This document shows, piece after piece, positions 1 to 9,940 of a stretch of 64,000 nucleotides of DNA. This DNA is from a virus. The translations under genes and the position numbers were made by a program. The stretch's first letter is position 1. Every line of letters starts with the position of its first letter. The notes under the pieces are model-generated. The model had not been told where the DNA came from. It did not search any database and worked only from the letters and a program-made list of their open reading frames with translations. The DNA is taken from the IMG/VR virus record IMGVR_UViG_3300028840_006907, positions 384,001 through 448,000 of that record. One strand, given 5' to 3'.

Positions 1-153
1 GAAGAAAAAGAAGCCACAAAAGTTGATACAGACATCTTAAATGCCTCTTCCCAATTTGATGGGATTGAATTACAAGCAGGTCTGATTACAAGTGATGACA
101 TAGGAGATTTAAGTAAAGCTGAAGAAGAACGCTTAAGTCAACTTTTTAAATAA
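1..153 (+). CDS. 3' end of an upstream gene (partial; product unknown, position compatible with a tail sheath or other structural gene)
   Basis: Frame 1 is open from the window edge to TAA at 151-153 (...DIGDLSKAEEERLSQLFK*); same strand as the following structural genes. Confidence 0.4.
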   Translation, partial: EEKEATKVDTDILNASSQFDGIELQAGLITSDDIGDLSKAEEERLSQLFK

Positions 154-188
154 ACTTTGTAGAAAATAAACTCTAAGGGGGTTTTAAA

Positions 189-869
189 ATGGCTAGAGAT
201 AATGATAGCTATATCTTTCGTAAAGGTGTAACGCCTAATACCCTCTCGGTTATAAGTTCGAAAAATCGAATATTCGCGTATAACCCTCAGGCTCAATTGG
301 TACAACTAGGCGTAGTTGCAACTTTTGATCCTTCGGAGGCTCGAACAATAGAACCTGTTCGTGGAATCGGTTTTGGAGACCAAGTAGCCGAACTAGTGCC
401 TAGTGTCACAGATCCGATGACAATATCGGTAACCAGAACTGCTTTGTATCTATCGAATATCTATCAGATATTTGGTTATAAAGCTGGTATGGATGGTATC
501 TGTCGATCATTGAAACATCACAGATGGCCTTTTGATATCCGTCAAGAGGTGGTCTTTAGTGCACTGGCTACGAGGAGTGTTGGTGGTAGTACGGAGTATT
601 TAGAGACACCAGCGGTAGTATCTACTGATGAGAAAGGTGAATACAATGAATTTGCTTTATTGACTTTCTATGAAGCATGTTGGATTTCCGATTATTCAGT
701 ATCATACGCTTCTGATGCAGCTCTAGTACAAGAAACTGTGACACTTAATGTGTCTGATATTCTTGCTGATGCAGGTGAGTTCCCATGGAAGAGTGATGAG
801 ATTGAACCTTATTCAGTACTGGATACAGATCCAGCTAAGTCGAAACGATTTGATATTGTTACAACTTAA
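189..869 (+). CDS. hypothetical structural protein; tail tube protein suggested by position only
   Basis: 226-aa ORF, SD-like AAGGGGG about 9 nt upstream of ATG; sits directly upstream of chaperone-like ORFs and the tape measure gene; followed by a strong stem-loop. Confidence 0.45.
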   Translation: MARDNDSYIFRKGVTPNTLSVISSKNRIFAYNPQAQLVQLGVVATFDPSEARTIEPVRGIGFGDQVAELVPSVTDPMTISVTRTALYLSNIYQIFGYKAGMDGICRSLKHHRWPFDIRQEVVFSALATRSVGGSTEYLETPAVVSTDEKGEYNEFALLTFYEACWISDYSVSYASDAALVQETVTLNVSDILADAGEFPWKSDEIEPYSVLDTDPAKSKRFDIVTT

Positions 870-900
870 TTATAGCTGAAAATATTCCTAAAGGATAAAA

Positions 901-928
901 CCGGGTTTTTCTGAAAAGAGAAACCCGG
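901..928 (+). terminator. 12-bp stem with GAAA tetraloop (CCGGGTTTTTCT-GAAA-AGAGAAACCCGG); putative terminator or RNA-stability hairpin
   Basis: Perfect GC-anchored inverted repeat read directly from sequence, 32 nt after the stop of the 189..869 gene; no U-tract on the + strand (the T-tract is on the opposite strand). Confidence 0.35.
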
Positions 929-933
929 TCTAT

Positions 934-987
934 ATAATAAATAAGATTTACATAATAAATAAGATTTAGATAAATATAAATAAGATA
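934..987. repeat. direct repeats of ATAATAAATAAGATTTA (two perfect 17-nt copies with 18-bp period, plus a degenerate third) in the intergenic region
   Basis: Copies at 934-950 and 952-968, partial copy about 973-987; located between the hairpin and the next gene start. Confidence 0.5.
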
Positions 988-1102
988 ACAAACTCCAAAA
1001 ATTCTTCTGATTTTCCTTCAGGATATATTCTCGCTTATTGTATCATTTTAGTTTTTGTAAATAATAAAGATCTAAATAAAATGTAAGTAAGGAGAAGGTA
1101 TT

Positions 1103-1672
1103 ATGGATTTAAAAGAGATTTTTAAAGATATCAAGAAAAAATTTTCCCCACGTAAATTTATTGATTTTGAAAAGGAGAAACTTCATTTCGAAGTCGAACC
1201 TGTTACTTCAATGGAAGAAATGATTATAATGGAATCGATTCAGGACCTTGACGGGGCTCAATATATTGAAGCTTTAAAGAGACATACTCTGGCATGTGCT
1301 TTAAAAAATATCAATGGTATTGAAATTCATGATGAAGTGAAGTATATGGATGATGATGGCAAAGAAAAGGTAAAATCCCATTTCCTTTTTATGCAAGGAT
1401 ACTTGAACCAATTTCCTTCTCCTTTAATTGAGACTCTTTTTGAGGCTTATTCTAATATGGTTAAGGGTCTTCAACAAAAAATACAAAGTAATGTGAAGTT
1501 CGAAAGAGTTGAATTGTCTGAAGAGGTTGAAGAAGAGGTAAAGGAAAATTTTCAGAAAATAGAAGAAGGTACTTCTGAAGGATTGACTCATGTAGAAAGA
1601 TTAAATAAAAGAGTAGAAAAAGAGGCTGAAGAAGCTCAAATGCGGATGACTCAAGCTACAGAAGAGAAATAA
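1103..1672 (+). CDS. hypothetical protein; tail assembly chaperone candidate (position only)
   Basis: 189-aa ORF with acidic C-terminus, SD AAGGAGAAGG upstream; first of two ORFs immediately preceding the tape measure gene. Confidence 0.45.
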   Translation: MDLKEIFKDIKKKFSPRKFIDFEKEKLHFEVEPVTSMEEMIIMESIQDLDGAQYIEALKRHTLACALKNINGIEIHDEVKYMDDDGKEKVKSHFLFMQGYLNQFPSPLIETLFEAYSNMVKGLQQKIQSNVKFERVELSEEVEEEVKENFQKIEEGTSEGLTHVERLNKRVEKEAEEAQMRMTQATEEK

Positions 1673-2724
1673 TGTTTAAAAAAGAAGCGTATCAGAGTTT
1701 ATCAGATTTAATCTCTAAAGGTTTTCTTACAATAGCCTGTGATATTGCAGGTAAGAATATTGTATTAAAAACAGTTAATGAAAAAGAATATGATTTAATT
1801 AAACTTTATGCTGGTGTGAATGATAAAAATTACATCTCTCGATTTAATATGTATTATTTAGTTTTCAGTCTTTTTTTAATCGACGGTGAAAATGTTCTTC
1901 AAGATAGATCTAAAAAAATAAAGGATATCTATAATTTTTTAAATGATCTTCCAAATCTGCTTTATACAAAAATAACTGAAGAATTAAAGGTATTAAGAGT
2001 TAATGCTGAAGAAGCAGTAGATTTTCTGGAAGGATTTTCTTACACCAGTCATTCAAGAAGAATGTGGAAATTAACCCAGAATAACTTACCTACCTCAGAA
2101 AGTTTAACAGGTATCCCTGGTACGGGAATACTTGGTCTTAATGCTTATCAGGAAAATTGGTTCTTGATAAATAAAATGCTCGATGATGAAGAGAGTTATG
2201 ATCGTGATTTCTCTTTGGCAATTTTAGTCGCTTCAGCATCTAATCCTAAAGGATGTAGAACAGTTAGTTCTAAACATGATGCCCATAGACAACGAAACTC
2301 TGAACGTCGGGATAAACTGGCTCGGGAAGGCTCTTCTGCTAAACAAGAATGGAAACCTGATGGATGGGCAGCACCGGTTGATACTGCAGAGGAACTCGTA
2401 CAAGAATTAATGCGTCAGATGGAGGGAAAAAAAGATAAGCATGATTTGTTTATAGAGGAGCATCTGAGAAAAGTTCGGGAAAAGGCAGATAAACAGGCGA
2501 AAGAGGCTGAGGAAAAGCTTGAAAAGATACGCCAGAAGAGAAAAGAAGAGGGTGGTCCATCAATAGTGTCTTCTCAAAGAGTGTTATCCGAGAAAGAAAC
2601 TGAAGAATTAATGGCTAAAAATTCTAATAATCTGTTATTAATCTCTGATAGTATGGAGAAGAAAGAAGAACAAGCTCGATATTTTAAAAAAGTCGGAGCA
2701 AAAATTTTAACTGCTAGGAAATAG
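1672..2724 (+). CDS. hypothetical protein; second tail assembly chaperone candidate (position only)
   Basis: 350-aa ORF, TAATG overlap with the previous gene; charged coiled-coil C-terminus; immediately upstream of the tape measure gene. Confidence 0.45.
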   Translation: MFKKEAYQSLSDLISKGFLTIACDIAGKNIVLKTVNEKEYDLIKLYAGVNDKNYISRFNMYYLVFSLFLIDGENVLQDRSKKIKDIYNFLNDLPNLLYTKITEELKVLRVNAEEAVDFLEGFSYTSHSRRMWKLTQNNLPTSESLTGIPGTGILGLNAYQENWFLINKMLDDEESYDRDFSLAILVASASNPKGCRTVSSKHDAHRQRNSERRDKLAREGSSAKQEWKPDGWAAPVDTAEELVQELMRQMEGKKDKHDLFIEEHLRKVREKADKQAKEAEEKLEKIRQKRKEEGGPSIVSSQRVLSEKETEELMAKNSNNLLLISDSMEKKEEQARYFKKVGAKILTARK

Positions 2725-2726
2725 TT

Positions 2727-5700
2727 ATGAGTCTTAGGCAAAAATTAGATGAAGCATTAGATCGAATAAAGGATTTAGAGAAGAAGCTCAAAGAAAGTGG
2801 AAAAGAGGCTAAAGAATTTGGTGAATTAACCGAAGATGCCATAAAAAAGAGTGTCAAAGAGCTTGGCAATCTAAATAATTTACTCGGAAAAAGTGTCAAT
2901 ACTATTAAAGACATGAATAAAGAAGTTCGTGATCTCCATGTAGCGGGTGCCCTGGATACAAAAGAAGCGACTGATTTAAATAAAGGCTTGGAAAGAATTG
3001 CCAAACAATTAATACATATTAAAAAAATAAAAAAAGAAGACAGGACCTGGGCAGAACAGAGAGCTGAGATTAAAAAGTTAAATAAGATGATTGATCAGAT
3101 GAGGAGTAAGACCAATCTTGCTAGAAATTCAGCTAAAAGTTTTGCCGATCATATGGAAGATGCTGGTCCTTCTTTTATGAAGGGGTGGGCTTCTTTTAAT
3201 AAAGCTTCTAAAAAAGGCCAAACTACAATTCAGAGTTACCAAGGAATGTTTAATAAGGCTGGTAATAGTCTTGGTAAAATGCCTGGTTTAATGAAAGGGT
3301 TCGGTTCTGCTGCAAAAGGAGTCAGTGCTTCACTTGGTGGAATTACTAAGGTTATAGCTGGGTGGCCTGGTGCAATTTTTATGGCATTAAAAGCAGTATG
3401 GGATGTAGGGATGGCTGCTGACCAGTTTGTAAAAGATGCTAACAAAGCTTTTGCTTCTGTTCGTGGACCTGATATCATGACTGCTGATGTCAGAAAACAA
3501 TTTAAAACTTTTAATGACCAGATATTTAATGCTCGTGAAAATATCCGGGTTGGATTGGATGTCACTCAGATAAGAGAATTGATGGAAGCGGTAGTTCAGG
3601 CGGGTGCAAATATTCAAAATTTGAATAAAGGACTTTTATCATATAGAGATGCTATTTACATTGCAGGAAAAGCCAGTAAAACATTAGGATTGGCTTTACC
3701 ACAAGTAGGTAGTATGGTCGGTAAATTATTAACCAATTTCAGGATGGATTTAGAAAGTATTGATAAAGCTTTTGTTCAGGTGGCATTTGATGCTCAGAAA
3801 TCAGGTCTTTCCACTGACCGGTTCTGGACTACTGTTGAGAATGCCTCTGCTTCTCTGGCCCTTTATGGGACATTTATTGGGGCTGCGAGTAAAACAATGA
3901 AACGTTTTACAGAAGACATGGTAGGTGGAGCGGATGATGCAGCAGAAGCAACTGAAGATATGTATTCAGTATTTAAATCGGGGAACCTTAAGGCTCAGGC
4001 CACTTTGTTAAGTATGGCAAAACAGGCTGGGGTAAATTTGGATGATATATTCAAAAATATGAGTACTGAATTTAAGGATCAGGCTGTAAGATTACAATCT
4101 GAAATAGAATTAATGGAAGCAAAAGGAACAAAAACTCCTGAAGATGTTGCACAGTTAAAAAGATTGAGATCTGAATTGGCTTCAGCGCAATCTAAGTCAC
4201 AAAGGGCTCTTGATGTTGTAGGTAAAAATGCAGTTTCCCAGACAACTGAAATAGGTATGCTTGCAAAGGAAGCCCCTCAACTTCTTATTGAAACTATAAG
4301 AAGAATGACTAATGTAGGGGATTTAACTAAAATTTCCAGAGAGAGAATGATTGTAGCAATAAAGGCTTTGGAAAATGTTGGTGTTAAGGAGAAAACAGTA
4401 CGCTTATTGGTTGAACAAGCTAAAGTAACTAAAAAGAGCCTAGAGAATTTATTGGATTCATCAGAAAATTTCTTTGCGGAGAATAATAAAGATTTCCAAT
4501 TGAATAGAGCAAATATTGCTAATGCTATAATGGAGGCATCGAAACCTGGAAAGGACCAAGCTGCAAATACACAGATTCTTGTTGATCTATTAAAGGAATC
4601 TCTTGGTATGGATCAGGGTATGGCTGAGACATGGGCAAATATTATAAAAACCGATAAAGAGACAGCAAATAAGATAGCTTCTCGCATTGAAAAAGGTGAT
4701 AAGAATAGTTTAAAAAGTATTGATGGTCTTTTGATGGCATCAAAATTTATAAATAAGTTTCAAATTGCTACATTTAAAAATCAAGAAAAAACTGATAAAG
4801 AATTAGCCAAATCATCAGAAGAGACTTTTGATGAGATTGTAAAAGGGACTCTTTCCTATAATGAAATGGTCAAAATGGGAAAAGATGAACTTTATTGGAC
4901 AATGGCTAATTGGAAAGTTGCGACTATCATGAATAAAACTGTAGCTGATATTTATTATTGGTTACAGGGTGAATCTACTCGTTTATCTCAATCACAAAAA
5001 CTAGCCCAAGAACAGTTAAAATTGATGGGTCAACAGAATGCGGGTATCGGAAATCTTCTTAAAGATGTAGGAGAAGGGAATATCTCTGCAAAAACACAGG
5101 TGGCTATGGTTCAGCATGTCTCTCAAAATCTTAAAGATTTACAAAGTGCTATAGCAGTAGAAGAGGGGCTCCAAGGAGCTTTTGAAAATGCTATGAGATC
5201 TACTGATCCTTCTAAAGCATTAACAAATGCTATAATGGCTGCTGAGAAAGATAAAGATAAAAAACTTGCTAATAGATTAAAAGAAGAGAAAAAGAATTTT
5301 GAAGCATTAAGAGAACGTAAAAAAGGCCGATTGGATGAAGAGAAATATTTTAAAAATTTAGCTGAAGCAAACAGAAGTACTCTGGAAAGGAATAAACAAG
5401 AAAGAGGTAAACAGGAAGAAATCAAAAATAAATTAGTGGAGCTGAATGATATAAATAAAAAAGTCTTTGAGATTCAAAAATTAAAATTGATGGGTGATGA
5501 AAAATCATTAATAGCAATTGCCGATCAAATTCAAGCTACTGCTGGAGAAGATGTAAATAAAATAGAAAAAATGGCTACAAATATGGGGTTGACTCTTGGA
5601 GATGTGAAAAGAGCTTTTGAGGCTAAAAAAATATCTACAGTAGGCATAGAAAAAAGAATGGCTGCAAGAAAAATTTTTAAAAAAACAGAAAAAACTTTAG

Positions 5701-6035
5701 CTTCAATGCCACAAAAACCAATTAAATATGTAGATCCTATGGAAGCTGCATATAGAAAAGAAATGGGCTATCAAGGTTTACAGAAACCTATTCAGGTAAC
5801 CTCACCTGGTAGTGCTGTTTTACATCCAGGAGAACTTATTCTTCCAAAGACTTATTCTGAATTTAAAGCAGTTCCAGCTATGAATGAACCTATGGGTGTT
5901 CATCCTGGTGGTGGAGTTGGAAGAGGTGCAAAGGAAATTACGATAAATGTTACTGCTACTGAAAAGGATCTAGCTAGTAAAATTGCCAATGAGGTTAGGG
6001 CTGTAATTAATCAGGAATATATAGGAGTGGCATAA
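2727..6035 (+). CDS. tail tape measure protein
   Basis: 1102 aa, largely coiled-coil/alpha-helical with a Gly-rich hydrophobic segment (GAIFMALKAVWDVGMAA); length and position typical of tape measure proteins. Confidence 0.6.
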   Translation: MSLRQKLDEALDRIKDLEKKLKESGKEAKEFGELTEDAIKKSVKELGNLNNLLGKSVNTIKDMNKEVRDLHVAGALDTKEATDLNKGLERIAKQLIHIKKIKKEDRTWAEQRAEIKKLNKMIDQMRSKTNLARNSAKSFADHMEDAGPSFMKGWASFNKASKKGQTTIQSYQGMFNKAGNSLGKMPGLMKGFGSAAKGVSASLGGITKVIAGWPGAIFMALKAVWDVGMAADQFVKDANKAFASVRGPDIMTADVRKQFKTFNDQIFNARENIRVGLDVTQIRELMEAVVQAGANIQNLNKGLLSYRDAIYIAGKASKTLGLALPQVGSMVGKLLTNFRMDLESIDKAFVQVAFDAQKSGLSTDRFWTTVENASASLALYGTFIGAASKTMKRFTEDMVGGADDAAEATEDMYSVFKSGNLKAQATLLSMAKQAGVNLDDIFKNMSTEFKDQAVRLQSEIELMEAKGTKTPEDVAQLKRLRSELASAQSKSQRALDVVGKNAVSQTTEIGMLAKEAPQLLIETIRRMTNVGDLTKISRERMIVAIKALENVGVKEKTVRLLVEQAKVTKKSLENLLDSSENFFAENNKDFQLNRANIANAIMEASKPGKDQAANTQILVDLLKESLGMDQGMAETWANIIKTDKETANKIASRIEKGDKNSLKSIDGLLMASKFINKFQIATFKNQEKTDKELAKSSEETFDEIVKGTLSYNEMVKMGKDELYWTMANWKVATIMNKTVADIYYWLQGESTRLSQSQKLAQEQLKLMGQQNAGIGNLLKDVGEGNISAKTQVAMVQHVSQNLKDLQSAIAVEEGLQGAFENAMRSTDPSKALTNAIMAAEKDKDKKLANRLKEEKKNFEALRERKKGRLDEEKYFKNLAEANRSTLERNKQERGKQEEIKNKLVELNDINKKVFEIQKLKLMGDEKSLIAIADQIQATAGEDVNKIEKMATNMGLTLGDVKRAFEAKKISTVGIEKRMAARKIFKKTEKTLASMPQKPIKYVDPMEAAYRKEMGYQGLQKPIQVTSPGSAVLHPGELILPKTYSEFKAVPAMNEPMGVHPGGGVGRGAKEITINVTATEKDLASKIANEVRAVINQEYIGVA

Positions 6036-6036
6036 G

Positions 6037-6804
6037 ATGGCTTTAAGAAATAGGCGCTCATTTGCTTTAGAGAAGGAATTAAAAACTAACGCCTCAGACC
6101 GTCATTTTGTAAAAGCTTATGATAGCTATTTATATAATGCTCACGGTGTCTCAAAAAATGTTAATCGTGTCAGATTTTTTATGCAAGTAGTGGATTTAAA
6201 TGGTAAACCTGTCTCTTATACTATTGATGGTCAAGTATTTTTAGGACTCGTTTTATTAATCAATCCTTCGAGTATAAGTGTTAATTTATCTAAGATAGTA
6301 GGTAGAACACAAACAATGACAGGATGGGTAGAAGATCATTGGGGCGAAGAACTTGATACTTTATCCCTTCAGGGAAGCAGTGCTTCATTTATATGGGAAG
6401 GAGCAAATCTTCCTTCAACTAATCCGAAGTATGGTACACCTTTAACTCAATCTTCACAAGAGATCAGAGAGATGTTAAATAAATACATGAATATCCCTGA
6501 TTTGAATTTAACTGAACCCATCCAGCCAGGAGATCATAGTGGCTTGACAGTAAAGAGAAGACGTGAAACTTTATCTTATGATGAGTTCAGGGGTATCATG
6601 AAAATGATGAATGCCAATGCAGCCAAATTTGATGCCTATGGACAAGTGAGAGAACGTTTGTATATTCAATTATCTTATGATTATGCAGCCTATCGTGGCT
6701 ATTTTGAAAGTATTGATGTCACAGAAGATTCGGAAACTCCATATAAATTTATTTATACAATTACATTTAAAGCGGAAAAAACAATTTATAGTTTTTTGAG
6801 GTAA
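6037..6804 (+). CDS. hypothetical tail/baseplate protein (distal tail protein candidate)
   Basis: 255-aa ORF starting 2 nt after the tape measure stop. Confidence 0.45.
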   Translation: MALRNRRSFALEKELKTNASDRHFVKAYDSYLYNAHGVSKNVNRVRFFMQVVDLNGKPVSYTIDGQVFLGLVLLINPSSISVNLSKIVGRTQTMTGWVEDHWGEELDTLSLQGSSASFIWEGANLPSTNPKYGTPLTQSSQEIREMLNKYMNIPDLNLTEPIQPGDHSGLTVKRRRETLSYDEFRGIMKMMNANAAKFDAYGQVRERLYIQLSYDYAAYRGYFESIDVTEDSETPYKFIYTITFKAEKTIYSFLR

Positions 6805-6808
6805 TTTA

Positions 6809-7651
6809 ATGGAACCAATAAGACGAGAAGGTGTTGATGACAGAGTAATTATCCGAAAAGAAACTGATACATTTTTGGATGGAGTAATCACAAATGGTTA
6901 TGCACAATTAAGATCTGATAGAGCTGATGAAGTTCTTCGGCAAGCTGGAGCCACTTTTACATCAGGTCTACCTGGATTTGGGGATAGTACTTCAGTAACT
7001 CAACCAAACCCATATTTAACAGGCGCTCTTACAGCTCTCCTTCCTATGAAAATAGCTATTGCTGATAAAGATGGTTTCCGACTATCATTTACATTATTAG
7101 TAAATCCTTCGAACATGAATCATGGTAAAACTTCTTCTGTATTCACAGATTATACTCGTGGAGGTTATATTACTCAATTATGGGGACCTAATCAAGATTT
7201 AATCTCATGTATAGGAAAGACCGCTGCCTTTATAGTGGAAGGAACGGGTTTAACTAATGTCTCTCGTCGAAGATCTTTTAGTTATATGAATTTTTTGTCT
7301 TTGATGTATGCTTATCGTAATAATGGATATCAATTTTTAGATCTTACCTCTTTTAAAGATACTTTGACAAGAGTTGTAAATGTTATTCATGGTGTGGAAT
7401 TATCTTATGACAATCATAATTTTATGGGCCATTTTAATAATTTTACTATCGATGAATCTGCTGATCGTCCTTATTTATTTGACTATAACTTTGAATTTGT
7501 AGTAAGTTCATTAAGTCGTGATTATAATGAAGTAAGAGGCCATTTTGTCCCTATAAAAGATGTAGGTTCAACTGAAGATGTGCCAAAACTGGTAAATAAT
7601 GTGACTGAAAATTCGGTAATAAGACCACTAGTAGGATTAGGGGGATTTTAA
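6809..7651 (+). CDS. hypothetical tail/baseplate protein
   Basis: 280-aa ORF in tight array; ends ...GLGGF* where the stop is embedded in the next gene's GGATTTTAAATG start context. Confidence 0.45.
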   Translation: MEPIRREGVDDRVIIRKETDTFLDGVITNGYAQLRSDRADEVLRQAGATFTSGLPGFGDSTSVTQPNPYLTGALTALLPMKIAIADKDGFRLSFTLLVNPSNMNHGKTSSVFTDYTRGGYITQLWGPNQDLISCIGKTAAFIVEGTGLTNVSRRRSFSYMNFLSLMYAYRNNGYQFLDLTSFKDTLTRVVNVIHGVELSYDNHNFMGHFNNFTIDESADRPYLFDYNFEFVVSSLSRDYNEVRGHFVPIKDVGSTEDVPKLVNNVTENSVIRPLVGLGGF

Positions 7652-9940
7652 ATGGCTAGTACTTTAAGTAGTGGATTATTTACATTAAAAGAATTTTATA
7701 ATCGTGGTGTGATAAAATTAGCTCCTGATGTCCTTGTTTATATCGGAGGAAGTTTAACTACATCTGTCATTGCACCGGTAAGTGGGAAAGATGATACCGT
7801 TTCATTTAATGATGGAATTACTTCAGTTAATGTACAAAATAATATTGATCCTCCAGGAACTTCTACAGCTACCATTGAAATTACTACTCCTATTTATGGA
7901 GAAAAATCGAAATATTGGACCTATTTTAAAGGGATCGATAGTAATTCTCCAGTTCGGGCTCCTTTATTTGTTCCCATGATGGAAGTAAAGATTTATTATA
8001 AGGGTCGGTTTATGGTTAATGGAAGTCCAAAATATTATCCAGCTTTTTGGGGATTCATAACAAATGTGGAAGAAAATTATTCAGGAGGTGTGTATAAGAT
8101 CAACCTGACTTGTGCTGATACTCTTCATTGGTGGGGTTATAGTACTATTAATATTCACCCTATTTCTGAAGCTAATATTATGTCAGGTGGTAATTTAATA
8201 TTAACTGCTTTTTCCACTATTTTTAGAAGATTAAATCCTTATCAGATTTTGTATAAACTCACTACTGATATGGGAATGCATCAATTTGTAACCTCAGCTT
8301 GGGCCGGTCAGAAAACTCCTTTAAATAGCATTTATCCTACGGGTTTGTTTAGAAAAGTAACTCAGGGTATAATGGCGTATTGGCAACAGCGTTTTGCTAA
8401 TATGGGTAGTTTGCTAAAAATGTATGGAATAAATGGTAAACGTGTAGATCGGAATGGTGTTCAGGAAAGACAACCTGAAATCTATGTTCCGAAAAAACCC
8501 GGAAATTCTCTTCAACAAAAAGCTACTGAGCCTCAGGATAAAAGTCTTTTTAGTTTAGATAGAAATTATATTCGTCAATTTGAGATATTTGTTGATTATG
8601 ATGATATGGGTGGTTGGGATAATTCTGAATACATGACTAAACTTCAGATTGCTACTGAGGTAAAAACTAAAACTGATTTTGAATTTTATCAAGATGTCGA
8701 TGGCAATTTTATATTTAAACCACCTTTTTATAATTTAAATGTTAAAGGTGTCCTTCCTTATACTCTTCTTCCTAGTGATATAATAAATTATACCCATAGC
8801 ACTGATACTGAAGGTTTAATTACAGTGATGACTGTTAATACTCCTTTAGATAAAAATTTACGCACAACAACATATGCTCTTGGAAAAGGTTTCCATATGG
8901 ATATTGATTTAGCAAAAAGATTCGGTATTCGACATCAGGAAATGACCATGGAATATATAAATAATCAGGCTTTGGCAAGAACTCTTGCATTGGGAGAGAT
9001 GAATAAAATTAATTCCAAAGCGACAACAGGAAGTGTCACTATTCCTGGACGTCCTGAGATCCGATTAGGTTATCCTGTTTACATAGAGCATCGGGATAGT
9101 TTCCATTATGTCAGAGCTATTAATCATGCCTTTGAATATGGTGGAACTTTCACAACAACTTTATCTCTTGAGACTGAAAGAGTAAAGATATATGATCCTG
9201 ATGATAATTGGGAACCATATTTGGATAAAGTTTATTCTTATACTGGTAAAGCAGCTCCGAAAGATCCGAAAAAAGATCCTAATGTTGATACTCCTCCTAC
9301 TATAGCAGTGACACAAGATGTTGAAAAGAAGCAACAGGATTTAATGGTAGGTGAAAGAGTTTTACATTCTATGCAACAGGGTAAATATGCTCTTGTAGAT
9401 CGTCAAGGTGATAGTCAGTTATCTGCAACATCGACAACAGTACCTTATACTGATGAATTCGGTTATAGAGTAGTTGGTTCTTTTCCTTATGGTCGGGCAT
9501 TAAATCCAGTAAGTGTTGTTACGAATACAGATGATTTACCTTATTTAAAAGAAACTTATTTAACTACAATGGCAAGACCTGTTCATGAGTATGAGTCTGA
9601 AAGTATGAATATTCTGTTTTTTGACGATAAAGATGGTGCAGTTCCAAATTATTTAAATCTAGAAAATCGCCAATTACCTAGAATATTAGGTGCATTTAAA
9701 GATACTGATTTAGATAATGAATATGATCTCGAAAGTACTGTTCAGACAGAATCGCAAAGAAGAAGAAATAAAGGTGATGATAGTAAAAAAGAATTAACAA
9801 ATGATAAAATAATTGATATTACATCTGCGAGACCTCCAAAATCCGATGTTCCTCCTGGAGAGAGTAAAAAGATATTATCGGATTTACGTGATGACAGTGT
9901 GCCTGAAGCTAGAACATTGAGTGGGATCGGAGGATTTTAA
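7652..9940 (+). CDS. hypothetical baseplate hub-like structural protein
   Basis: 762-aa ORF immediately upstream of the spike-like gene; ends ...GIGGF* at a GGAGGATTTTAAATG junction. Confidence 0.45.
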   Translation: MASTLSSGLFTLKEFYNRGVIKLAPDVLVYIGGSLTTSVIAPVSGKDDTVSFNDGITSVNVQNNIDPPGTSTATIEITTPIYGEKSKYWTYFKGIDSNSPVRAPLFVPMMEVKIYYKGRFMVNGSPKYYPAFWGFITNVEENYSGGVYKINLTCADTLHWWGYSTINIHPISEANIMSGGNLILTAFSTIFRRLNPYQILYKLTTDMGMHQFVTSAWAGQKTPLNSIYPTGLFRKVTQGIMAYWQQRFANMGSLLKMYGINGKRVDRNGVQERQPEIYVPKKPGNSLQQKATEPQDKSLFSLDRNYIRQFEIFVDYDDMGGWDNSEYMTKLQIATEVKTKTDFEFYQDVDGNFIFKPPFYNLNVKGVLPYTLLPSDIINYTHSTDTEGLITVMTVNTPLDKNLRTTTYALGKGFHMDIDLAKRFGIRHQEMTMEYINNQALARTLALGEMNKINSKATTGSVTIPGRPEIRLGYPVYIEHRDSFHYVRAINHAFEYGGTFTTTLSLETERVKIYDPDDNWEPYLDKVYSYTGKAAPKDPKKDPNVDTPPTIAVTQDVEKKQQDLMVGERVLHSMQQGKYALVDRQGDSQLSATSTTVPYTDEFGYRVVGSFPYGRALNPVSVVTNTDDLPYLKETYLTTMARPVHEYESESMNILFFDDKDGAVPNYLNLENRQLPRILGAFKDTDLDNEYDLESTVQTESQRRRNKGDDSKKELTNDKIIDITSARPPKSDVPPGESKKILSDLRDDSVPEARTLSGIGGF

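Noticed and set aside
2714-3004. Minus-strand ORF (96 aa) overlapping the start of the tape measure gene
   Set aside because: Lies entirely inside or antisense to strongly supported + strand coding sequence; low-complexity Ser/Leu/Phe-rich translation typical of the antisense frame of AT-rich genes.
3236-3617. Minus-strand ORFs (109 and 76 aa) inside the tape measure gene
   Set aside because: Antisense to a long, well-supported ORF; no start context; composition typical of spurious antisense frames.
7782-7979. Plus-strand 65-aa ORF in an alternate frame inside the 7652..9940 gene
   Set aside because: Alternate frame of a long ORF; Leu-rich low-complexity translation; no RBS.
6809-9940. Shared C-terminal peptide ...G(L/I)GGF on two adjacent structural proteins, as a possible processing or recognition signal
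   Set aside because: Explained at the nucleotide level: both stops are embedded in the same GGA-TTT-TAA-ATG ribosome-binding/start context of the next gene, so the GGF tail is a by-product of the junction motif.
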